NCBI GenBank assembly: GCA_013239625.1
Contig: MU056303.1
Location: forward strand, 11,104,286-11,168,285
DNA: 64,000 nucleotides
Direction: 5' to 3'
Source: Lama guanicoe
Taxonomy: Eukaryota
The notes beneath the pieces were generated by a model, which saw only the letters and a list, made by a program, of their open reading frames with translations, ran no database searches and was not told the DNA's origin. The first letter of the stretch is position 1. Each line of letters opens with the position of its first letter. Position numbers and translations under genes: made by a program. This document shows, in pieces, positions 25,421 to 37,520 of this stretch.

Positions 25421-26089
25421 GACCAGACCCTTCGTAGGAGTGGCACCATCCCACTTGGCTACTTAGGACTCGCATGTCTTTATCACCCAGCAGGGGTGAA
25501 GGGTACCACCGTGTTGAGCAGGTCACCTCTCTGCCCCTCCACTACCAGGGTTTTGGGTTTAGTGATGGGAGAGGTGCTGCTCATTCTTCTGGGGAGGAGC
25601 TCTGTGTGTTTCTATGTCCCCCACAAGCCTTCCCCATCCGTGGGGCTTCGGTGGAACCTGGGCGCTTTTTGTCTCTCTTCTACCCACATTTGGATCATCT
25701 GCTGATGAGAAAACGAGTTGCTTCTTGTTGACTGGTGGTCCTTCTCCGAAGAAAGGCCAGCTTGAGATGTATGGATAATATACACACGATGTTCATATTG
25801 TATTCAAACCTCTCCTTTAAACACTTCCTAAGACCCTGTAAGACTCTAACCAAGGCTTATGCAGAGAGGAGACTCAGCAGGTCAGGTGGGGGCCTATGGG
25901 GTCAGCCTATGCTGTGTTTTTGGCAACTTTAGGTTTGCACAGCGCATGTTAATTCACGTTTCCTTCTTTCCCTCCGGGAGGGGGCATGCTCCATCCAACA
26001 TCCCCCTTCCTAGTCGCTCCTTCTTTCCCTTCCTCTTCCCTTGCTTTCCTCCCTGCCCCCTAAGTCTGTTACCCTCCCCCTCCCCCTTC

Positions 26090-26820
26090 CCTCCGCGCCC
26101 ATCCCCGCCTGCAGGCTGCAGCGGTAAGAGGACCGGCTGCTGTTCCCCCGTCGCTCCCGCGCGGCCGGCGCCGCCTGGCCCCGCCCAGGTGCTGCCCTGG
26201 CCCCGCCCAGCTGTAGCCCTGGCCCCGCCCAGGCGCAGCCCTGGCCCCGCCCAGCTGTAGCCCTGGCCCCGCCCAGGTGCTGCCCTGGCCCCGCCCAGGC
26301 GCTCGCATCAGGTGGCGCCACTCCTGTGCGTACAGGTAGGACAGTGGCGCTCATTCTCCCTTTCATCGTCCCTTTTCTCCTTGTTATGAGAAAGACACTT
26401 CCGTGTGGCACATGAAAAATCATAAGGGGGGAAAAAAACAAACTAAAAAACCCGACCCTCAGAAACAAGCCTTCCTTGCTCCGTCGGCCCTCACACATCT
26501 CCGTTTGGATTGATCGCCTGCTGCAGCCCCTGAGCGCCCGCACATCGGGTTTCAAAACGGCAACATGAAAGAAGGAACATGAAATGAGCCGCTCGATTCT
26601 GCCCTCCACGCTGGGGGACATGTGTTCCCGAAGTGCGGGAGAGGAGGGGGCCTCGTCTCTCCCGCCTGCGTTGTCTGCTGAGGTTTTCTGACGCCCGGCC
26701 TTCCTGGGGCGCTGACAAGGCGGGGGACTAGGCAGCGTTTGCTGCCGGCTGAGCTGAGCACCGTCCCAGGCACCACGGAGCGCCTGGAAGTAAAGGATTG
26801 GGGCTTAAACAGACGGTGAG
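26090..26820. promoter_or_regulatory. CpG island / candidate TATA-less promoter
   Basis: High CpG; six Sp/KLF GC boxes; CTCF-like motif 26305-26318; plus-strand donor-like sites at 26336 and 26816. Confidence 0.6.
26174..26301. repeat. 22-bp GC-box minisatellite, 6 copies
   Basis: CCTGGCCCCGCCCAG starts at 26174, 26196, 26218, 26240, 26262 and 26284. Confidence 0.97.
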
Positions 26821-27344
26821 CTCTCCCCAAGATTCAGGGAGGATAGCCGTGTGGGACCAAAACAAAGAGAGATGCAGTTAAAATTAAAAAAAAAAAAAAG
26901 ACTGCATCGTATCTAAATGCTAACAGCATAGAGATGATGATGGTTGCCAGAGTGTGGCCTTGAGGTGCCAGTCAGGGACGATGCAGTTAACAAGCAGGAC
27001 GGCTTACAGGCGGGAACATGCACCTGAAATTGAACACGGACAAATCTGAACTCAATTCCTTCCACTGAATCGTTGTCTTTTTTCTGTATCAATGGCTGTC
27101 TCTTTCAAGTCAGTAACTATTGATGTAGTCACTTAGCTGGAAAGCTGGTTTCTCCTTCTACATCACCGCCAAGCCTGCTGGTCACCACGCGCTGGGAGTC
27201 TCTCTCTTAAAAAGGTCGACCAGTGACTCCCTCTGTCGAATTCCCTGGTCTCATCTCTGTCCAGGCTTTTATTACTTTTACCTGGATAACTGAAAAAATC
27301 TCCTGACAGGCCTCTGCCTCACCCGCCCCCTACCTGCTTACTTC

Positions 27345-28470
27345 GTTTTATTTATTTTTTCTAGTTCAAATATAGTCAACTTACAATGTTGTGTTAATTT
27401 CTGGTGAACAGCATAGTGATTCAGTTGTACATATATATACATATATTCCTTTCCATAGTCTTTTTCCCTATAGGCTATTAAGGTATTGAATATGGTTCTC
27501 TGTGCTACACAGTAGGACCTTGTTGTTTATCTATTTTCAATATATTAGTATTTGCAAACCCCAAACTCCCATTTTGTCCCTCCCTACCTCCCTTCTCCCC
27601 CTGGTAACCGTAAGTTTGTTTTCGATGTCTGTGTCTGTAAATTACTGTTTGGTAATTANNNNNNNNNNNNNNNNNNNNNNNNNNNNNNNNNNNNNNNNNN
27701 NNNNNNNNNNNNNNNNNNNNNNNNNNNNNNNNNNNNNNNNNNNNNNNNNNNNNNNNNNNNNNNNNNNNNNNNNNNNNNNNNNNNNNNNNNNNNNNNNNNN
27801 NNNNNNNNNNNNNNNNNNNNNNNNNNNNNNNNNNNNNNNNNNNNNNNNNNNNNNNNNNNNNNNNNNNNNNNNNNNNNNNNNNNNNNNNNNNNNNNNNNNN
27901 NNNNNNNNNNNNNNNNNNNNNNNNNNNNNNNNNNNNNNNNNNNNNNNNNNNNNNNNNNNNNNNNNNNNNNNNNNNNNNNNNNNNNNNNNNNNNNNNTTTC
28001 AAATGAGACTTNNNNNNNNNNNNNNNNNNNNNNNNNNNNNNNNNNNNNNNNNNNNNNNNNNNNNNNNNNNNNNNNNNNNNNNNNNNNNNNNNNNNNNNNN
28101 NNNNNNNNNNNNNNNNNNNNNNNNNNNNNNNNNNNNNNNNNNNNNNNNNNNNNNNNNNCACCCTCTAAAGCATTTACTATTTGTGGATTTTTTAATGATG
28201 GCTATTCTGACCAGTGTGAGGTGATATCTCATGGTAGTTTTGATTTACATTTCTCTGATAATTACTGATGTTGAACATTTTTTCATGTACCTATTGGCCA
28301 TTTGTACGTCTTCATTGGAAAAATGTTTGCTTAGGTCTTCTGCTCATTTTTTAATTGGGTTGTTTGGTTTTTTTGTTTGCTTAGTTTTTGGGTTTTTTGT
28401 TGTTGTTATTGTTACAGAGTGATAAGAGCTGCTTGTATATTCTAGAAATTAAGCCCTTGTCATTTAGATT
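27345..28470 (-). mobile_element. Cetartiodactyl-type L1 3' portion (ORF2 C-terminus plus 3'UTR), partly N
   Basis: Minus [24 protein letters not shown] is the L1 ORF2 C-terminal region; typical 3'UTR at 27345-27630. Confidence 0.92.
27659..28158. other. Two N-runs (27659-27996 and 28012-28158) separated by a 15-nt island
   Basis: Directly visible. Confidence 1.
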
Positions 28471-29439
28471 CCTTTGTAAAGACCCCCATTCCCTTTAAGT
28501 TAATAAGCAAACTCTTTAAACTGACATTCAAGGACCTCCATGATCGGGCCCCTGCCTCCCCCTTGGATGTCCGCCCTTGCTATGTACTTTGTGCCTCAAC
28601 CTTTTTCTTCTACTGGAGGTTCTTTAAGTGGCCCATGTTCTCTCATGTCTATCTGCACAAAGTATCTCCCCTGCCCGGAACTACTTCTCCTCTCCACTCC
28701 CTGACTTAATTCTCTCTTACGTCATCTCAAAGATGCAGCTCAGGCATTGCAGGAGAAGTCCACCCAAACACCTGCTCCTCCCTTCCCATAACAGGGGTTC
28801 CCTCCTCTCATAGCACTCAGACCACCGTGTCATGTCCGTGGCTGAATGGCCTGGTGAGCTCTCTTAGAGGAAGGACTGTGTCCTGTTCGTCTTCTTCTAT
28901 GTAGGACCCAACTCAGTGCCTAGCGCAGAGCAGAGGCTTCATGAAGATTGGCCGAGGAGTGAGAGATAGAAGGCTGTGCGAGCAAACCAGTGAAACCTGA
29001 AATTAGACGTGAAATCTAAGAACATCAGGATGGGAAAAGATCTGGAGCATTTTCATGTCCAGCACTCTCATTCCACCTGAAGCAGCATGTGGGGATGAGA
29101 AAGAGAAAATGGCCTGCCAAACTTACGCGGGGGGAATTAACTTTCACAGGTGGCTTCCAATCGTACAGACTTGAAAGCAAGAGGAATCAAAATGGGTCAT
29201 GGAAATGGAAACAAAGACCAAAATTTTGAACCGGTTAAGTGAGTTGGGATTAGAAAGGACACGGGAGAAATGACACCGTCACTGAGGATGGGGAGAAAAT
29301 GCAGAACTAGATCTAGTCCTGGCTGAGAAACCAGAGCCCTAAAGCTGAGAGACTCTGTAGAACCAGGTAAGGCCTACCTGGACCCAGGGAGCAAGAGGCA
29401 GCATGGTGCAGGGTGAATGGGGTTGGCGGTGGGTGGGTA

Positions 29440-30022
29440 TGAAGGAGGATTAATAAATGGCCGCACTTAGGCTAAGAGATGGCTTATCCTTCTGCTCGCC
29501 CTTAAAACGGTCACTGACCTGACTGACCCTGTTGTTACTCACAGCTCCAGGCCCATTGTTAAAACTAAAGCTATTGATCTTACTGTTTCTGCTTTATTCC
29601 GGCAGTCAAAAGCTATAATTATGCTTGGTCTCTGAGTCAATCTCCAGGGAGAAGGTCACAGGACTGTAACCTTACAAAGTAGGCTAAATACCAAGAGGAC
29701 CCCGCCTTGAGTGCTTACAGGATAAAGAGGTCTAACCGCTGGCCTCTATAGCACTGGTCGCCTGGAGGCATCATGTTCCAAGTCTTCTGATGATGAGAAA
29801 ATGATTCTGTCGCTTGTTATCGACGCTTTACTGTTTGCGCTGTGGCTGTATAACCGCCCACCCCCCCATCCCAAGGTGGGCTCACAGTTCTGAAGACACC
29901 AGCCCACTGTGGGCCCCCTTTGCCCGGCAAAGCAATAAAGCTGCCTCTTTCCTTCTAAGCTCCAAGCCCGTGTCTCTGGGTTATTTGGCTCCTCAGGGAC
30001 GGGGGCTGATCTTCCGGCAACA
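29440..30022 (+). mobile_element. ERV1-class solo LTR (583 bp)
   Basis: TG...CA termini (TGAAGG / CAACA), TATAA 29849-29853, AATAAA 29934-29939, 4-bp TSD GGTA/GGTG. Confidence 0.85.
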
Positions 30023-30394
30023 GGTGGACAGACCCTTTAATCTCACGTCGGTTTTTGAGATAGGGTTCCTCCTACAGGAGTCTTTCTTGACGATCTAGTC
30101 TTTGCCTCTTATATCTGAGCCCAGTTCTGTCTTCAAGCGATCATGCTTCATGACTGGCTTTGGAACGGCCCTGACACCAACCTGGAGATGGAACGAGCTT
30201 AGTGTCAGAGGTAGGCAGCCTGGTGTGGTGGGGTCTGAAGGACCGTGGTGGGCAGCTGGGCAAGTGAGACTGGGTAGCTCTGGAAGACATGAGGTGTTGG
30301 GCTGAACAACTTAGATTCATTGCTATGGAGAATAGGGCGTCATTATAGGCTCCCAACCTGGAGAGGGGCTGCTTTCAGCTCAGACCCTTTTCCT

Positions 30395-30880
30395 CTAGGA
30401 TAACACCTTGGTGCTTTATTCACATCGTGGCTCCCTCTGCTTGGAGTCTCTTTCCCCTGGACAATCTGTGGCTTGTTCTCCTACCTCCTCATGTCCCCAC
30501 TCATCCGATACCTTGTATTATGTAAATATATAGCTGAATCGCCATGCCATACACCAGAAATTAGCACAGCATTTAAAATCGACTGTACTTCAGTTTTTCA
30601 AAAAGTCATGTAATGAACAAAGCCTGACCTTCCTGCTCTATTTAAAATTGCCACACCCTCCGGTCCCTCCAGACCTGCCCCATGGTGCGTTTCTCCCATC
30701 CTCTCATCCACGATAAGACTTCCCCTTGTTTATTTGTTCGTTATCTTCTACCACCCACTAGAATGCAAGCTCCACAAAGGTGGGTGTTTTTGTCTGGTTA
30801 GTTCATCCCTGTACTTCCAGCTCCTACAACATCACTGGGCACATCCTGGATGCTCAAGAAGCATGTGTTGAATAAACATA
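30395..30880 (+). mobile_element. L2 3' end containing a ~90-bp L1 terminal fragment (~30515-30605)
   Basis: CCACTAGAATGCAAGCTCCACAAAGG..TGTTGAATAAA; L1 tip TAGCTGAATC..TACACCAGAAA..GACTGTACTTCA. Confidence 0.75.
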
Positions 30881-31904
30881 GGACCATACACTTGGGGATT
30901 GGTGGGATGTAGAGACGGTCTGCAGCGTCCTCCTGACCTGCTCTGAGTCGGGACTGCAGCGGGAGAACCCAGGGTTCAATTGTGAGATTGCCCCTCGGCG
31001 AGTGGGTAACACCCACTTCATCCTGATTTCCGCATCTCCTGTCCTGGGTCTACTCCAACATTTAGGGCCTGCTCCTTCCTCGTCTAATGTCCTGTATTGG
31101 TTCTGACCGAGCAGAAATTGTCACTAGAGCGTTCTCCATCACAAACGACACATCCTCAGACTCTCACACTCTGTGAAACTGTTGCACAAGGTACCAGTGA
31201 GAAGAGAAAGGAGACTGCACTCCTTCCTTGCTTTTTCTGTAAATGGTCTTCTGGGGGTAAGTTAGCCTTTTTTTCTCCCTCCCTGATGAGAGGGATTCTG
31301 GCCAGCTAAGGGGGTTTGTAAGCAACTGAAAAGCAGAGCCCACCCTCCTTCCTCTTTGTATCCGAGCCACGTCTTACAGTGCTGGGTCCCCCACGTGGGC
31401 ACGTAATGAATGCGCATGTGTTCACATAAAGGAAGAGAGGTGGACATGACTTGGGAGAAAGGGATGTTTGAAACAGGTAGGTTCTCTCAAATGATGCTGC
31501 CTGTGTGGCGCTTGCTTTCTCACTTGAGCCCTGGAAAAATGAATCAGACCCTCTCCCTTTCTAGAAAACGTTTGCCAAGCTTTGGGTGATGTGTATCTGC
31601 CTGCCAGCCTTCAGGACAGAAGTTTGGATAGAGATTCCCTGGCTCTGGTTTTTTTTTAAACCACCATATATATTTTTTTCCTCTTAGTTGCCGTTGCCCT
31701 GCTGGAAAAGTTGGATGATTCCTGAGCGTGCCAGCTGTGAAACACAGTCTGCAGAAGGTCTGCCTCCCACAGAGCCTTTATCCAAGCACACCCGTCAGTG
31801 TCCCGGAGCTGCCCTTTCTCTCCCTGCCTTGCCTGAGTGTGACGCCCTCTGCTCTTGGTTAAGAGATTCTCAGAGCCCAAGCATGCTCAGCAGTCACATA
31901 CAGA

Positions 31905-32200
31905 AAGGAAACTAGGGTGATCGGAGACCCTGCCCAAAGTCACCTCCTTCGTGACACCTTCCAGATCCCCCTCCCCCGCCAGGCAGACTGAGTGGCTGTC
32001 ACCCGACTGTGCACCCGCAAAGCCCTTCTCCCTGCCTGTACAGAACCCTCAGACACTCTGAGCTTATGAGTATCTGATCCCAGGTCTACTCACCCAGCAG
32101 GTCATCAGAGGCTTAAGGGCAGAGGTCAAGGCTAATTTATGTTTATGGTCCCAGCACTTGGCACGCTGGACGTATTCAATGAACACGTGTTAAACTGATG
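31905..32200 (+). mobile_element. L2 3' end
   Basis: AAGTCACCTCCTTCGTGACACCTTCC..CCCAGCACTTGGCAC..ATTCAATGAAC. Confidence 0.6.
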
Positions 32201-33156
32201 CGAGGAATTCAGGGAGTGACCTGCAGGGAATAACCAACAGTCATCAACATGTCACAGCCTCCAGTCCCAGCCCATGGGGAAGGGGTAGTCCTGGAGGAGA
32301 GAGTGGATACAGTGAGTCTCGGTGGCATAAAACTAAGGTCACTTGGAGAACTGAAGTAGGACCCACCAGAATGGAGCCCAGCTAGAATTTATATAATAGA
32401 GTGTGAGAGTCTAGCTCACAGAGAGCTCCTTGGAGTTTGCTGAGAAGTCTGTCTCAACTGCCCCCACCTTGGTCAGGTGGAGGGACCGAAGGCATTACCT
32501 ATACTCTTTTCAGAGCATCCAGATGGTCAAAGAGCAGGCAAAGGTTCAGGTTCTTGATGGAAAAATGTCCCCAGGTCAGCAGGCTAGTGACCCACAGACC
32601 ACAGCCACACACAGCTCAGAATCTCAGTGCATACAGGAGGGAAATCTCATTTCTCTCTCTACTCAGTGCTCAGTCAGGGAGCTTGGGAGTAAGATGGGGT
32701 GTGTCGGTGGAAGGAGAAAGAAAATGCTATAATTTGGAGAGAATTCATGCATCCTTAGGCATGAGGTTAGGCTGCTCTGGAGTCCCAGGGCAATGGGGGA
32801 TACGTGATCCTTGCAGAGAACAGCTCACGGCTGTGCCCTGCTGTGAAGTAACTACAGAGAGGAAGTCAAGAGCTGAACTTTGAGCAGCAAAGGCTATCCC
32901 ACGTCTGGTGGAGAAAAACGCAGGTCTGGAAGCGAGGAGATGTGAAACCCAGCCCTGGTCTGACCCCCAGGGGCTCCGTGGCCTCAAACACGTTCCTCTG
33001 AGCCCAGTTTTCTCTTTCAATGAGCAGAGAGAGAGACCACTGTTCCGTCCACGTCACAGGGAGTCGTGTAAATGAAGTGGGCTGACCCAGACAAGTCAGC
33101 TCCCCCTGGGGACATCGGTCACTGATTTCTCAGTGACTGGGCTCAAGGGCCTAAAG

Positions 33157-33455
33157 CAGTGTCACTCAGTAGAAGTCCAATGTCATCTACAAATGCAGGC
33201 CACACGTGTCCTTTCACATTTCCCAGTAGCTACATTTTTAAACAATCCAAAGAAACAAATGAAATTAAGTTTAGTAATACGTATTACTCAGTACAAAATA
33301 CCCAAAATATCAGCTGAAAGTGTAATCAGTATAAAATGATCGCTGAGACAGTTCACAACCTTGCTGGCCTTAGAAACCTGGCGTAGCTTCCACCTCTCAG
33401 TTTGGATGTTGCAGGGACTCAGCCGCGGTGTGGCTACTCTGCTGGACGGCTCAGG
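33157..33455 (+). mobile_element. MER33-like hAT-Charlie DNA element
   Basis: GGCCACAC..ATTTCCCAGTAGCTACATT..TGTAATCAGTATAAAA..GTGGCTACTCTGCTGGACGGCTCAG. Confidence 0.75.
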
Positions 33456-34732
33456 CCTGGAGGGTTGGTTTAAGGTGGTTTAGGTAGCTTCTCGGCTGGC
33501 CAACCGTCTTCTTCTTCTATGGAAGCGGGCTTTCTCGGAGACAGAAGCCTTGATTGAGTTTTGAGGTCAATAGGCATGGTTGGTGGAGAGAACCTTGGAG
33601 CTTAACTGCAGGAGAAAGAATTGCAGAGCAGAGAGCAGAGAGAAGGTGGAGAGCGCGGCCCGCCTTCTCGGGACCCTCTCCTGCTTGGGGGGGAACCAGA
33701 CCCTCAGTGTTCGTATGGTGGCAGGTCCCTTCGCGCTCCCCACTCAGAGGTCACACTACTAGTTCGCGCTGGTTTGCACAACGTATTTTTGTGGTGGTTT
33801 TTCTCTCCCTGGGCAAATGCATACAGACCTACTGCGGGTCGAACCATTCAAGCCCTAATTTCTGGTTAAGCCCTGGCCCTGGGCGTCTGGTTCCCTATGA
33901 GCCCCCTGCCTCCCCAGTTTGTGCCCTGTTTCTTCCCTCTGTAGAACGGAGCTAGTCATGTTCATTCTTGACACATGGCTCCAAGCATCGCGCAGAAACG
34001 AATGGAAATTAATGTGTGGAAAAAAACTTGGTGCATCGAAGAACAAGAGGCCTCAATACAAAGTGTTTAATTATTCATTTGGTTTTTCACATCTACATAC
34101 TGCCTTTAATAGGTCTCTGACACGAGGGCTTCTGTGAGCCCTGTTGACTGACCTGACAGATAATCTGCCACACTCTGAACTCTATATGCATCTCCTCTGT
34201 CGAGGGAGACATCTGCGGTGTGAACAGGGCAGGGCCGAGTCTGGATGAGGTCATGTGCCTGGTTCTACGTCCAGCGTCTCAAGGCGCTGGAGGCCCTGTA
34301 ACATCCAAGTGCTTTCCTCCCCCTGGAGCCAGAGCGACCTGGTGACCTTTAAGAGTTCAGCCTCCTGGAAGAACTGTTGCTCTTCCCCTTAAAATTCTTG
34401 GCGTGCCACGTCTCCGCACGGAAACCCGGAGCCATCGCCTTATTTTTAAAAAAATAGCATTCTGTAGAGTTGACATGCTTTGTTTGTAACCATTACATTT
34501 CTCACCCAGCAGCTTAATCGGATTTTTGTTTTGCAACTTGTTCAGGTCTTTTCACTCGAGGACCCCACCAGCTTCTGGGAAAGGGCCAACCGGACCTCAG
34601 ATGATGTTAACAGAGATATAAAAGGGGTAGGATCTCATGATGGATAAAAAGACTGGTATGGGAACTCGAGACTGAGGAAACGGCCCTCCCTTACCCCACA
34701 CAAATGCCTTTTTCTCTCCCACTAGTTTCTTT

Positions 34733-34940
34733 TTCTTTCTTTTTTTTTTAACATTTTTTATTGATTTATAATCGTCTTACAATGTTGTGTCAAATTCCAG
34801 TGTAGAGCACAATTTTTCAGTTACGTGAACATATATATATTCACCGTCACATGTTTTTCTCTGTGAGCCACCACAAGATCTTGTATATATTTCCCTGTGC
34901 TCTACAGTATAATCTTGTTTATCTGTTCTACATTTTGAAA
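34733..34940 (-). mobile_element. Young camelid L1 3' fragment with perfect 16-bp TSD
   Basis: TSD TCCCACTAGTTTCTTT at 34717-34732 and 34941-34956; poly(T) then ATTGATTTATAATC..TCAAATTCCAGTGTAGAGC. Confidence 0.95.
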
Positions 34941-35289
34941 TCCCACTAGTTTCTTTGTTGGGAGAAATGGCCCTTTGGGGTACAACCGAGGGAGAAGGAC
35001 CTCCCTGGCTTCGTCTTAAGAGGCAGGATCCCTGGCCCCTGCTAGGAGGTCAGTAGCTTCAGACGTCAGCTCCCTGATCTAGACGACTCAGGGACCAAGC
35101 TCGCTGAGGACGGGTGCTCTGTCCTGAGCGCTCAGCGCTGCCACTGAAGCTTGCAAGACGTGACCGAGAAACTGTTGGAGCTTCGCGGGGGGTCTGTGTG
35201 ACCACGTACGCAGGCACTCAGTCTGCATGTTCTCCTGTGATTTACAGCTGAAAAAGCACATTTGTGTCCATTTACTCCTCAGTGCAGCC

Positions 35290-35530
35290 CTGCATGGTAA
35301 ACACTCTCAGCCTCGTTTTACAGATCAGGACACAGAAGCTAGAAAAATGCAGGGAGATGGCCCAAATGACACGGTTAGCTGGTGGTTTCTCTAGAACGAA
35401 AGACACTGCCTGAAAACCTAAAGGAGATATTTGACTCGCACAAGGATGGCTGACTTCACAAGGTGGAAAGTGGGCACAGGGAATCACTTGAGCAATGCAC
35501 AAATCTGGAATCCAGGTCTTTCCATGCAGA
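35290..35530 (-). mobile_element. MIR fragments
   Basis: GTTTTACAGATCAGGACACAGAAG..GGCCCAAATGACACGGTTAG. Confidence 0.6.
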
Positions 35531-35569
35531 ACCTCGTGTGTTTTCCATTCTTATACACATCTGTCTTCT

Positions 35570-35622
35570 CACACACGCCTGTACACACACACACGCACGC
35601 ACACACGCACACACACACACAC
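35570..35622. repeat. (CA)n/(CACG) microsatellite
   Basis: Directly visible. Confidence 0.9.
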
Positions 35623-37309
35623 AGAGTTTATCCCTGAATCTAAGTGTAGTCTAAGTGTATCTGTGATCTCTCAGGGTTAATCTCATGCAGGATGTCCTTA
35701 CACAAAGCTGTGCGTAGGGGGACCTAATTCTGCGAAACAGATCAACATGGTTCTTAAGCATCTTGCATTGTGTTTGGGCTTCCTCCCCCCGGTGTCTCAG
35801 GAGCTGTCTCAGGACCTCTGGGTGGACTTTAGTGGGGGCCCCGTCAGTTTATAAAGATTCAGGCTGAAAGTGAATACGGTCTGAGCTTGCCTAATGGTAA
35901 GGGCATGACCTGGGTGGACTTGGTCTCTGCCTGGCGACCCCACTGGAATGAAGGTCACCTCTTGGACACTTGGAGAGGGTGACTTTAGGAGGATTAGTGA
36001 AAGATGCATTAACGGTGCAAAGCAGGAAGTGGGCATAAGGAGGTAGTTACCCTGTGGAGGATCACACGCAGAGGGCTGTGAGCGGTTTAAGCAGAGACCA
36101 GGTGAATGATTGGAAGGCAGATCTTGGAAGGTGTCTGAGGGGGCGTCCCCAGCCCTCTGGTGACACTGAACTTAAAGCCACGCCAGCCCCTGAGTGTCTG
36201 AGGCAGAGGCTGAGGCTGGGAGTCTAAGGACCTTGGGATTATATGCCCTGATGCTTTGTTTTGAGGTTGTGGTATCAAAAATCGCTTTCAGCTTTTCCTT
36301 TGCTCATCTCTTGAGCCCGAAAGTGAGTTCGGGGATCCAGAGAGCCCATCTGCTGGACTTACGCTAAAGAGCTGAAAACTGACCTCAGCACTTCAGTCCC
36401 CAGAGATCAAACTGGCCGGTGGTAAGGGGTACGTGGGAGCAGAAGTTCGCCCTTAACAGCAGCGACTGCGTTCATCCTCACAAAATCCTAGAAGGCACCC
36501 CTGAAGCAGAGAACAAATGTCATTACTTGTTGACACTGCTGGAAATGAAAGCTTGAGAGGCCAACGGACTGTACACACACGCAGCTCAGGAAATGGGGAA
36601 GAAGCCTTAGTCCCATCCAAGCACTAACCAAGGAGGGAGGAGGAGCTCCGACTCCCGTGGGGCGAGGATCTCCAGCCCTTTGAACCTCCAGCTTCCTGGA
36701 AAGCTGACCTTCCTGCCCAGCAGTGACACTCGGGTCCTCGTGCCCTGAAACCTGGTGCCTCCAACCTAACGGGGCCCACGTCGGGCCAGGGAGGGAGTCA
36801 CGAAGAAAGCTCGCGCAAGTGAGAATCTTCTGGGGACCCGGCAGACGTGGCTGATCACGCCACATGCCCCACTTCGTCCCAACATCACCTTTACCCAGCA
36901 GCTCAGTCCACTATCTTCAGAAGAAGATGGTCACTTCTGTTCAATCAAGGCAGAAGGGGCAGCAGGATTTAAACCAGAGCCCCGACTCCACTTTGCTGCT
37001 GGTGTTCTTCGGGAAAGGCGCAGGGGAGGACTTGGTTAACAGACACCCGTTACACGTGCCACACGGACCATGGAAAGAGCTGCTGAAAGGTGTAGACCAG
37101 CCTGAGGACCATCTGATTAGACACAGTTTTCCTGGTCTGTCCTACCACCGTGCCTGTTGCTAGCATGAGGCAGGGGAGACGGAGAGAGAGGCTCTGCCTG
37201 TCGCTGAGAGCGGCTGTCCGTGTGCTGACCCCTCCGCGTGTCCGCAGGAGGGATGTCTTTCAATCCCCCCCTTTGCCCTTTGGGAGCATCACACATGGTC
37301 CTCTCTTGA

Positions 37310-37520
37310 CTCTGATTTCCGGACTCTGGAGCCAGATTGCTGGGTTTCCTCCCGGGCAGGACCACTTACTACCTCTGTGTCCTTGGGCAAATTGCTGAAC
37401 CTCTCTGTGCTTCAGCCACCTCACCTGTAAAACCAGAGACAGAACAGAACACATGGCAGGGAGGTGTGCGGGTTGAGGTACCCTTGTAGCATCCTCAGAG
37501 CAGTGCCTGGCGCGCAGGAC
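37310..37520 (+). mobile_element. MIR SINE
   Basis: GGACTCTGGAGCCAGATTGCTGGGTT..CCTTGGGCAAATTGCTGAACCTCTCTGTGCTTCAG..CACCTGTAAAA. Confidence 0.85.

Larger units (their letters stand above)
27040..28980 (+). mobile_element. L2 fragment split by an L1 insertion (L2 ~27040-27335 and ~28480-28980)
   Basis: AAATCTGAACTC..; GACATTCAAGGACCTCCATGATCGGGCCCCTGCC..GTGAGCTCTCTTAGAGGAAGGACTGTGTC..GTGCCTAGCGCAGAGCAG. Confidence 0.7.

Noticed and set aside
26174-26301. CRISPR-like repeat-spacer appearance
   Set aside because: The variable parts are only 7 nt and are related or identical to each other; no cas genes; mammalian context. It is a minisatellite.
26010-26621. 203-aa ORF with repeated WAGPG motifs, and overlapping ORFs
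   Set aside because: Produced by the stop-free GC-rich 22-bp repeat; the period is not a multiple of three; no homology recognised.
27502-28268. Long ORFs spanning N-runs (also at 20.7-21.1 kb and 51.8-55.8 kb)
   Set aside because: Open only because Ns hide stop codons; the flanks are L1.
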